Assembly (NCBI RefSeq): GCF_008641065.1
Contig: NZ_VTRS01000012.1
Span: 22,206 to 54,205, forward strand
Direction: 5' to 3'
Length of the DNA: 32,000 nt
From: Rhabdaerophilum calidifontis
GTDB lineage: Bacteria; Pseudomonadota; Alphaproteobacteria; Rhizobiales; Beijerinckiaceae
Shown: positions 1-6,980 of the stretch, piece after piece
How positions within the stretch are numbered: position 1 is the stretch's first letter
Layout of the letters: the number at the start of each line of letters is the position of its first letter
The notes under the pieces: generated by a model
What the model saw: the letters and a program-made list of their open reading frames with translations, nothing else
Database searches by the model: none
What the model was told of the DNA's origin: nothing
Made by a program: the position numbers and the translations under genes

Positions 1-850
1 CTCTGGCCTCATGTCGCCCGCATCATCGGCGAAATCGAGCCGCCCTTCGTCTTTCTTGAGAATGTCGCCCATCATCTCCGCCTCGGCTTCCCCGAAGTCG
101 CCGCAGGACTGGTCGGCATGGGCTACCGCCTTGCGGCAGGCCTCTTCACGGCGGCGGAAGTCGGCGCGCCCCACAGGCGCGAGCGGCTGTTCATCCTCGC
201 CATCCGCGAAGGAGACGAACTGGCCAACCCCGCGCGCCTGCTCCGGGACGCGGTCGAGTGGCGGGAACCGGACGGAATTGCTGCGGCTCTGGCCGACGCC
301 GAGGGCAAGCGCCAACGAAAACCGACAGATGAAGCCGACGCCCTCGCAGGAAGCGGGTCAGCACGGGATGAACCTCGCGACGACGGCGGAACTCTGGCCG
401 ACGCCGCAGACCGACAGTTTCCGCAGCCGGGGTGGCGAGCGCAAGGACGAGAAGGGTCTGGACCGCATGGCGCGGGACTGGCCGACGCCGATGGCGAACG
501 ATGGCTGCAAGCCGAGCGCGGGAAAACGCCGGACGGCCGACCTGACCCATGCGGCGGGTTTGTGGATGACGCCGACGGCGCGCGATCACAAGGACGGGGC
601 GACCAGTCTGGCGAACACGCCGGTGAACGGTCTGCTTGGCCGCCAGGTCCTGACGACACCGATGGCTGGACGCGATACCTCCGACATGCGCCGGACCTTG
701 AACCCGCTGTTCGTCGAGGCGCTGATGGGCTGGCCCACCGGGTGGACCGGCTTCGACTTTGCGGCAACGGCGTGGTGCCACTGGTTGCGGCGCATGCGCT
801 CAGAACTCTCGCGGCTGAATTGCTGGCCGACGGATAAGGCGGTGGCATGA
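1..850 (+). pseudogene. DNA (cytosine-5)-methyltransferase, 5' partial at the window edge, with an apparent frame disruption (+1 frame to +2 frame)
   Basis: Frame +1 carries motif VI FVFLENV (46-66) and motif VIII GAPHRRERLFILA (163-201). Frame +2 carries WPTP repeats (221-232, 290-301, 395-406, 479-490), WMTPTARDHKDG (563-598) and LNPLFVEALMGWPTGWT (698-748), and ends in an ATGA overlap with the next gene. Both frames are open, so the switch point (about 205-290) cannot be fixed by stop codons. Confidence 0.6.
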
Positions 851-1113
851 AGCAGTCGCGCGCCATGTCGCTGGTCGAAGCCATCACCAATGTTGTGGTC
901 GGTTATGGCGTCGCGGTGCTCACCCAGTTGCTCGTCTTTCCTCTGTTCGGGCTACACACGACACTTGCGGAGAACCTAATGATCGGGGCGATCTTCACCG
1001 TGGTGAGCATCGGCCGGTCATTCGCCCTGCGACGGGTGTTCGAGGCGATCAGGGTCGCCAATCACTGCGACGACCGTGGCGCACGTGAAGCACCTGCACC
1101 ACCCCGTCGATGA
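847..1113 (+). CDS. small phage membrane protein (two predicted TM helices), conserved hypothetical
   Basis: 88-aa ORF whose ATG overlaps the upstream stop (ATGA). Hydrophobic segments VVVGYGVAVLTQLLVFPLF and LMIGAIFTVVSIG are followed by RSFALRRVFEAI. The last 65 nt overlap the convergent toxin gene. Confidence 0.6.
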   Translation: MKQSRAMSLVEAITNVVVGYGVAVLTQLLVFPLFGLHTTLAENLMIGAIFTVVSIGRSFALRRVFEAIRVANHCDDRGAREAPAPPRR

Positions 1114-1360
1114 CGGCATAGTAGATGCGCCAGCGGGTTGCCCGGCCATAGAGGGCGCGACGGATCGGCAGGTCAAAGGCCTGCGACTCGGGCGCGATCG
1201 GATGGGCCTCGGGCATGGCGCCGAGGCCAAGGATCGTGCCCCGGATGCCCGCCAGCCATTCGTCCGCAGCGCGCGGGTTGCGTTCACGCAGCCAGACCCA
1301 TGCTTCAGTCAGGTCATTTGCCGCGTTCGGCGTGATGATCACGGGCAATGGCGCGGTCAT
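1049..1360 (-). CDS. type II toxin, ParE/RelE family
   Basis: Internal ATG at 1360 gives 103 aa (MTAPLPVIITPNAANDLTEAWVWLRERNPRAADEWL...WRIYYAVIDGVVQVLHVRHGRR). Size and pattern are typical of ParE/RelE. It starts 10 nt after the antitoxin stop. Confidence 0.8.
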   Translation of the reverse strand: MTAPLPVIITPNAANDLTEAWVWLRERNPRAADEWLAGIRGTILGLGAMPEAHPIAPESQAFDLPIRRALYGRATRWRIYYAVIDGVVQVLHVRHGRRSDWRP

Positions 1361-1370
1361 TTCGGGCGCG

Positions 1371-1646
1371 TCACTTCGATCGGGCAAGCTCATCGAAGAA
1401 GCGTCCGGCTTCGACGCCTTCACCGGCGCGGGCCTGCGTGAGACCCTTGCGGATTCCGGCAACGGTCTCCGCATAGTCGAGCTGGTCCTGCATGTCCTGC
1501 CATGCGGCGGCGTCCATCACGACGACGGATGGCTTGCCGTTCACGGTCAGGATCTGCGGCCGCCCGGTTTCCTTGATGCGCGCGATCATGCGCGCCGACT
1601 CCCGCTTGAACTCGGTCAGCGGGCTGATGTCCTCGGTGATGTTCAT
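1371..1646 (-). CDS. type II antitoxin, Phd/YefM family
   Basis: ATG at 1646 is preceded by AGGAGG. The 91-aa product reads MNITEDISPLTEFKRESARMIARIKETGRPQILTVNGKPSVVVMDAAAWQDMQDQLDY, the typical Phd/YefM N-terminal fold signature. It lies immediately upstream of the toxin. Confidence 0.8.
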   Translation of the reverse strand: MNITEDISPLTEFKRESARMIARIKETGRPQILTVNGKPSVVVMDAAAWQDMQDQLDYAETVAGIRKGLTQARAGEGVEAGRFFDELARSK

Positions 1647-1658
1647 GGAAGGCCTCCT

Positions 1659-1709
1659 GACGCGCATCGAATTCGGTGCGAATATAGCGCCTTTATCGAT
1701 GCGCGTCGA
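1659..1709 (-). promoter_or_regulatory. putative phd-parE promoter flanked by a 12-bp perfect inverted repeat (candidate operator)
   Basis: The minus strand reads TCGACG-17 nt-TATATT (-35 at 1709..1704, -10 at 1686..1681). Arm GACGCGCATCGA (1659-1670) and its exact reverse complement TCGATGCGCGTC (1696-1707) overlap the -35 and sit just upstream of the RBS. Confidence 0.45.
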
Positions 1710-1721
1710 GCGTTTCGGCTG

Positions 1722-2282
1722 TCAGGCGATCCGGTAAACCCGCCCGCGGCCCTCGACCTTCTCGGAGGTCACATCGAGCCCGAGCTTCTTCTTGAGCGCA
1801 CCGGCGATGGCCCCGCGCACCGTGTGGGCCTGCCAGCCGGTGGCTGCGGTGATCTCCTCGATGGTTGCGCCGTCCGGCGCGCGCAGCATGGCGATCAGCG
1901 CCGCCTGCTTGGTCCCTGCGCGCGGCGTGCGCGTCGATTGTGCGGCCTCGGCGTCGCCATCCTGAGCGGGATCCTGCGGCGGCGCTTCTGTCCCGCTCGG
2001 GCGCGCAGTGTCGGCATCATCCGGCTCGATGCCGATGGCGGCAAGGCCAGCGTCGGTGGCGACCAGCGTCGTGCCGTGGCCGTCGCCGGTTTCGCGCCAG
2101 ATCGGTTCGCCCCGTCGTGCGTTGACTTCGACCTCCTGCAGCAGGCCCCTCGCGATCATCGTGCTGACGACCTTTGTGGCAGCGCCACCCCGTAGGCTGT
2201 CCGGCAGCGGCAAGGCGATGCGTTCGGGTCGCTGAGCAGCAGCGCTTAGAATGATGGCTTGGGTGTCGGAAAGCTGGGTCAT
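1722..2282 (-). CDS. DUF3489-like protein with two winged-helix-like modules joined by an acidic/Pro-rich linker
   Basis: ATG at 2282 is preceded by GGAGG. The protein runs MTQLSDTQAIILSAAAQRPERIALP...TKQAALIAMLRAPDGATIEEITAATGWQAHTVRGAIAGALKKKLGL...GRVYRIA, which I recall as the DUF3489 pattern. Confidence 0.7.
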   Translation of the reverse strand: MTQLSDTQAIILSAAAQRPERIALPLPDSLRGGAATKVVSTMIARGLLQEVEVNARRGEPIWRETGDGHGTTLVATDAGLAAIGIEPDDADTARPSGTEAPPQDPAQDGDAEAAQSTRTPRAGTKQAALIAMLRAPDGATIEEITAATGWQAHTVRGAIAGALKKKLGLDVTSEKVEGRGRVYRIA

Positions 2283-2336
2283 CTTGAACCTCCGGTTCGA
2301 GAGCGGCGCGACCATCGCGGCGCTTCTACGAGGCCA

Positions 2337-2356
2337 AGCCCCGCAATCGCGGGGCT
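2337..2356 (-). terminator. GC-rich hairpin between the 73-aa gene and the DUF3489-like gene
   Basis: AGCCCCGC-AATC-GCGGGGCT forms a perfect 8-bp stem with a 4-nt loop. There is no U-tract, so terminator function is uncertain. Confidence 0.3.
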
Positions 2357-2375
2357 GGCGCGGAGACCACCCGGA

Positions 2376-2597
2376 TCATTCGGCGTGTTCGCCTTCTCGG
2401 AAGGCGCTGTCGGTGATGCGCTTCAGGAATTCGGCGTAGTGGGCGAGCGTGCCGACGTGGCCCCAATGCACGTCGTCGGGATGAACGTCGAAGTGCTCTT
2501 CGCTGAGGGCGGCAAGGCGCGCCAGCATGGCGTCGATTTCGACCTTGCGGGCGATGAAGGCGTCGAGGGCCTGGGCGTTCTTGGCTTGGCGGGTCAT
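2376..2597 (-). CDS. conserved 73-aa hypothetical protein
   Basis: ATG at 2597 is preceded by AAGGAGA. The product MTRQAKNAQALDAFIARKVEIDAMLARLAALSEEHFDVHPDDVHWGHVGTLAHYAEFLKRITDSAFREGEHAE is helical and non-repetitive, with high third-position GC. Confidence 0.65.
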   Translation of the reverse strand: MTRQAKNAQALDAFIARKVEIDAMLARLAALSEEHFDVHPDDVHWGHVGTLAHYAEFLKRITDSAFREGEHAE

Positions 2598-2692
2598 CGG
2601 AATTCTCCTTGGGTTCTGACCCCATACAGGCTCTGTCCGGCGCGCTTATCAAGGCAATAAGTGCATCAAAACATTATGTTTTCGGAGCGGAT
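2598..2692. promoter_or_regulatory. divergent intergenic region, the most AT-rich stretch I noticed in the window; likely promoters and possibly the cos/packaging site
   Basis: It lies between the leftward 73-aa gene and rightward terS. It contains caaggcaataagtgcatcaaaacattatgttttcgg and a small palindrome CTTAT-N7-ATAAG (2645-2661). No convincing -35/-10 pair could be assigned. Confidence 0.3.
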
Positions 2693-3256
2693 ATGCAGGG
2701 CATGAGCGAGCGCCAGTACGCGTCCCATGTCGGCATGTCGCGGGGCGCGATCCAGAAGGCGAAGACCTCTGGACGGCTCGTCCTGCATGCCGACGGTTCG
2801 ATCGATGCGCGGGCCAGCGATGCGCGCCGCGCGTCGATGACCGATCCCTCGAAGCAGCGCCGGGATGGCGTCGAGGCCAAGCTGAAGCCCGTCCCCGATG
2901 CGGCCTTGTCCGCCGTCGGCGACACCCTTCGCGAGAGCGGAATTGCGCCGTCTCCGGCCGGCGGCGGAACGACGTTCCTGCAGGCCAAGACGGCCAACGA
3001 GGTGCTGAAGGCTCAGGAACGGCGTCTGCGTCTGCAGCGCATGAAGGGCGAGGTCATCGATCGTGCGCGGGCGACGGCGCTTGTTTTCCGACTGGCGCGC
3101 GAGGAGCGCGATGCGTGGGCGAACTGGCCCGCACGGATCGCGGCACTGATGGCGGCGGAGCTCGGCCTCGAAGCGCACGCGATGCAGAAGGTTCTGGAGA
3201 CCCATGTCCGAGCGCACCTCGCCGATCTCGCCGAGGTCGCCACAGATTTTCGCTGA
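2693..3256 (+). CDS. terS: terminase small subunit
   Basis: ATG at 2693 follows GGAG. The N-terminal HTH MSERQYASHVGMSRGAIQKAKTSGRL is typical of Nu1-like small terminases. It sits directly upstream of terL and overlaps it. Confidence 0.75.
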   Translation: MQGMSERQYASHVGMSRGAIQKAKTSGRLVLHADGSIDARASDARRASMTDPSKQRRDGVEAKLKPVPDAALSAVGDTLRESGIAPSPAGGGTTFLQAKTANEVLKAQERRLRLQRMKGEVIDRARATALVFRLAREERDAWANWPARIAALMAAELGLEAHAMQKVLETHVRAHLADLAEVATDFR

Positions 3257-5234
3257 CGCAGAACGTCGGTCCGAGGAGCTGTTCGCCTTCGAAGGCGTCG
3301 ATGCGCTCGTCCGGGCCTGGCGCGAAGGGCTCACTCCCGATCCGGCGCTGACCGTCGCGGAATGGGCGGATCGGCACCGGTTTCTGAGCCCGCGCGCTTC
3401 GGCCGAGCCGGGGCGCTATCGCACGGACCGCACGCCTTACATGCGCGCCATCATGGATGCTCTGTCGCCGGGCAACGCAGCGCGGCGCATCGTCTTCATG
3501 AAGGCGGCGCAGGTCGGCGCGACCGAGGCCGGGAACAACTGGATCGGCTATGTCATCCACCATGCGCCGGGACCCATGCTCGCAGTCCAGCCGACGGTGG
3601 AACTGGCCAAGCGCTTCTCGCGCCAGCGCATCGATCCGCTGATCGCGGAAAGCCCGGTTCTGCGCGAGCGCGTCAAGTCGCAGCGCTCGCGCGACGCCGG
3701 CAACACGGTTCTGTCGAAGGAGTTCCCGGCGGGGCTTCTGGTCATCACCGGCGCCAATAGCGCGGTCGGCCTGCGCTCCATGCCGGCGCGCTACCTGTTT
3801 CTCGACGAGGTCGATGCCTATCCTCCGTCCGCCGACGAGGAAGGCGATCCTGTCGCCTTGGCCGAGGCCCGGACGCGCACGTTCTCCTGGCGCTCGAAGG
3901 TCTTTCTCACCTCGACGCCGACGATCCACGGCGTGTCGCGGATCGAGCGCGAGTTCGAGGCGAGCGACCAGCGGCGCTATTTCGTGGCGTGCCCGCATTG
4001 CGATCACCGCCAGTGGCTCCGCTTCGAGCGTCTGCGCTGGGAGAAGGGGCAACCGCACACGGCGCACTATGTCTGCGAGTCTTGCGACGGCCAGATCGAG
4101 GAGCATCACAAGACCTCTCTGATGATGTCCGGCGAATGGCGCCCGACGCGCGATGGCGTGCACACGGGAACGGTCGGCTACCACCTCTCCGGGCTTTATT
4201 CGCCGGTGGGCTGGCTCTCATGGGCCGACATCGCCCGGATGTGGGACGCCGCGCAGACGAGCGACGAGGCGAAGCGCAGCTTCAAGAACGGCGTCCTCGG
4301 CGAGACATGGATCGAGACCGGCGAAGCGCCGGACTGGCAGCGGCTCTACGAACGGCGCGAGCCCTGGCGCATCGGCACGGTGCCGAGCGGCGGCCTGTTC
4401 CTCACGGCGGGAGCAGACATCCAGAAGGATCGTATCGAAGTCTCGATCTGGGCCTGGGGGCGCGGGCTCGCAAGCTGGCTCGTCGACCATATCGTCATTC
4501 CCGGCGGCCCGGACAGCGCCGAGGCTTGGGCGGCTCTGACGGATCTCCTCGGCCAGACATGGCCGCACGCCCATGGCGTTCGCCTGAGCCTGTCGAAACT
4601 CGCGATCGACACAGGCTTCGAAGCGCCAGCCGTCTATGCATGGGCGCGGCAACAGGGATTTGCGCAGGTCATTCCCATCAAGGGCGTCGAAGGCTTCAAT
4701 CGCGCGGCGCCGGTGACCGGCCCGTCCTTTGTCGATGCGACCGAAGGCGGCCGGAAGATCCGCCGCGGCGCGCGGCTCTGGACGATCGCGGTTTCGACCT
4801 TCAAGACCGAGACCTATCGTTTTCTGCGGTTGTCGAAGCCCACCGACGAGGACGCGGCGGACGGAGCGCAAGGCCCGGCCGGACTTGTGCACTTGCCCCA
4901 CGGCGTCGACGCCGAATGGGTGAAGCAGCTCGTCGCCGAGCATCTCGTGAGCGTCACCACCAAGCGCGGCTTCCAGAAGCTCGAATGGCAGAAGGTTCGC
5001 GAACGCAACGAGGCTCTGGACTGCCGGGTCTACGCCCGCGCCGCCGTCTGGATCGCCGGAGCCGATCGCTGGTCCGAGGACAAGTGGCGCGATCTCGAAG
5101 ATCAGGTCGGCCCCCAGCCTGCGGACACCGACGACACGCACTCGAACATCGAAGCCGGGCGTCTCGCCCGTCCAAACCCGCCATCGACCAAGCGGCAGAG
5201 CGACTGGCTCGGCCCGCGCGGGAAGTGGTTCTGA
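3204..5234 (+). CDS. terL: terminase large subunit, lambda GpA family
   Basis: 676 aa. The GpA-type N-terminus reads LTVAEWADRHRFLSPRASAEPGRYRTDRTPYMRAIMDALSP. Walker A-like KAAQVGATE and Walker B LFLDEVD are present. GGAG lies 4 nt before the ATG. The start overlaps terS by 53 nt and is not certain. Confidence 0.9.
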   Translation: MSERTSPISPRSPQIFADAERRSEELFAFEGVDALVRAWREGLTPDPALTVAEWADRHRFLSPRASAEPGRYRTDRTPYMRAIMDALSPGNAARRIVFMKAAQVGATEAGNNWIGYVIHHAPGPMLAVQPTVELAKRFSRQRIDPLIAESPVLRERVKSQRSRDAGNTVLSKEFPAGLLVITGANSAVGLRSMPARYLFLDEVDAYPPSADEEGDPVALAEARTRTFSWRSKVFLTSTPTIHGVSRIEREFEASDQRRYFVACPHCDHRQWLRFERLRWEKGQPHTAHYVCESCDGQIEEHHKTSLMMSGEWRPTRDGVHTGTVGYHLSGLYSPVGWLSWADIARMWDAAQTSDEAKRSFKNGVLGETWIETGEAPDWQRLYERREPWRIGTVPSGGLFLTAGADIQKDRIEVSIWAWGRGLASWLVDHIVIPGGPDSAEAWAALTDLLGQTWPHAHGVRLSLSKLAIDTGFEAPAVYAWARQQGFAQVIPIKGVEGFNRAAPVTGPSFVDATEGGRKIRRGARLWTIAVSTFKTETYRFLRLSKPTDEDAADGAQGPAGLVHLPHGVDAEWVKQLVAEHLVSVTTKRGFQKLEWQKVRERNEALDCRVYARAAVWIAGADRWSEDKWRDLEDQVGPQPADTDDTHSNIEAGRLARPNPPSTKRQSDWLGPRGKWF

Positions 5235-5243
5235 GGATATGTC

Positions 5244-5453
5244 ATGGCCTGGACGACCGACGAACTCGATGCGCTGAAGCGCGCCTATGCCAGCGGCACG
5301 CTCCGGGTCAGCTATGACGGCAAGACGGTCGAATACGGATCGGCGGACGACCTCTTGAAGCGGATCCGCACCATCGAGACCGAGATCACGGCATCCTCCG
5401 GCGCATCACGCCCAATCGCGGGCTATGCCGGGTTCGGACGGGGCGACCGGTGA
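5244..5453 (+). CDS. head-tail joining protein, lambda gpW family
   Basis: 69 aa. ELDALKRAYASGTLRVSYDGKTVEYGSADDLLKRIRTIETEI follows the gpW pattern. It lies between terL and the portal gene, as in lambda. Confidence 0.8.
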   Translation: MAWTTDELDALKRAYASGTLRVSYDGKTVEYGSADDLLKRIRTIETEITASSGASRPIAGYAGFGRGDR

Positions 5454-6970
5454 GCCAGGTCACCTTCCTCGACCGTATGGTGGCGTGGGCCGCGCCCGAG
5501 GCCGGTGTGAGGCGCGCGCTCGCGCGGCGCAGCTTCGAAGCGCTGAGCGCCAAGACCCATGGCAATTCCCGTGGCTATGACGGCGCTGCCAAGGGACGGC
5601 GCACCGACGGATGGAAGGCGGCAGGAACATCGGCTGATGCGGAGATCGCCGCCGCCAGCGGATTGCTGCGGGACCGCATGCGCGATCTCACCCGCAACAA
5701 TCCGCACGCGGCGAAAGCTGTGTCCGTGCTGGTCAACAACATCGTTGGCAGCGGAATTATTCCGCGCGCTGCGACGGGTGACGCCAGGCTCGACGAGACA
5801 GTGGATCGGCTCTGGACGGAGTGGACCGCCGCCTGCGACGCCGACGGGCAACTCGACATCTTCGGGCTGCAGACTTTGGCTGTAAGGGAAATGATCGAAG
5901 CGGGCGAGGTGCTGATCCGCCGCCGCCCGCGACGTCTCAGCGATGGTCTCTCCGTTCCGCTGCAGGTCCAGATCATCGAAGCCGATCTGCTGGACAACAC
6001 CCGCAACGGCGATCTCGCCGATGGCGGGCGGCTGCTGCAGGGCATCGAGTTCGACCCATTGGGGCGACGCCGCGCCTATTGGCTCCATGCCCAGCATCCG
6101 GGCGACGCCGTCGTCACCATGCGCCGGCGTCTCGAAAGTCTCGCCATCCCGGCGAGCGAGGTCCTGCATCTCTACGAGAAGCAGCGCACGCAGGTTCGCG
6201 GCGTCCCATGGGGCACGCCGGTGATGCGCAGCTTACGCGATCTCGATGACTGGACGCAGGCCGAGCTGGTCCGCAAGAAGACGGAAGCCTGCGTCGTCGG
6301 CATCGTGCTTGGCGCCGACGAAGCCGATTTGGGGCTAGCCCCGTCGGTGGTCGATGCCGACGGCAATCGTGTCGAGCAGTTCGAGCCTGGGCTGATCGCC
6401 TATGCGCGGGGCGGAAAAGACATCCGCTTCAATCAACCCGCCACGACGGCGGGTGTGGGCGAGTGGCTGCGCGCGCAGCTTCACATCGTGGCGGCGGGTT
6501 TCCGCATGCCCTACGAGCTGCTGACCGGCGACCTCAGTCAGGTCAACTATTCATCGATCCGGGCGGGGCTCGTGGAGTTTCGCCGCCTGATCGACGCCGT
6601 CCAATGGCAGATCGTCATCCCTGTTCTCTGCCAGCCCATGTGGGTCTGGTTCTGCCAGGCTGCGTGGGCAGCCGGGAAACTGCCCCGGCCGGACATTGCG
6701 GTCGAATGGTCTCCGCCGCGCTTCGAAGCCGTCGATCCACTGAAGGACGCGATGGCCGATCTTCTGGCCTTGCGCTCAGGCACCATGTCGCTGGCGCAGG
6801 CCATTGCGCGTCAAGGTCACAACCCCGACGCCGTGCTCGCCGAGATCGCTGCCATGAACGCCAAGATCGACGCCCTCGGGCTCATTCTCGACAGCGATCC
6901 GCGGCGCGTGACGAAAACCGGCGTGATGCAGGCCGATCCTGCTGGCCAATTCAACAGTCCCGACACCTGA
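5450..6970 (+). CDS. portal protein, lambda family
   Basis: 506 aa with a GTG start overlapping the gpW stop (GTGA). Position and sequence (RGYDGAAKGRRTDGW, LTRNNPHAAKAV, GIEFD..GRR.AYW) are typical of lambda gpB-type portals. Confidence 0.9.
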   Translation: MSQVTFLDRMVAWAAPEAGVRRALARRSFEALSAKTHGNSRGYDGAAKGRRTDGWKAAGTSADAEIAAASGLLRDRMRDLTRNNPHAAKAVSVLVNNIVGSGIIPRAATGDARLDETVDRLWTEWTAACDADGQLDIFGLQTLAVREMIEAGEVLIRRRPRRLSDGLSVPLQVQIIEADLLDNTRNGDLADGGRLLQGIEFDPLGRRRAYWLHAQHPGDAVVTMRRRLESLAIPASEVLHLYEKQRTQVRGVPWGTPVMRSLRDLDDWTQAELVRKKTEACVVGIVLGADEADLGLAPSVVDADGNRVEQFEPGLIAYARGGKDIRFNQPATTAGVGEWLRAQLHIVAAGFRMPYELLTGDLSQVNYSSIRAGLVEFRRLIDAVQWQIVIPVLCQPMWVWFCQAAWAAGKLPRPDIAVEWSPPRFEAVDPLKDAMADLLALRSGTMSLAQAIARQGHNPDAVLAEIAAMNAKIDALGLILDSDPRRVTKTGVMQADPAGQFNSPDT

Positions 6971-6980
6971 GCTTTTCGCC

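Noticed and set aside
289-490. Threefold repeat of CTGGCCGACGCC, considered as a possible repeat array or CRISPR-like feature.
   Set aside because: The copies are only 12 nt long and irregularly spaced, and they lie inside a coding region. They simply encode the repeated WPTP peptide motif of the methyltransferase.
2645-2677. Attempted assignment of a sigma-70-type -35/-10 pair (TTATCA ... CATTAT/TATGTT) for the terS promoter.
   Set aside because: The spacings I counted (about 20 nt, or poor hexamers at 16-18 nt) do not give a convincing promoter. I annotate the region only as an AT-rich divergent control region.
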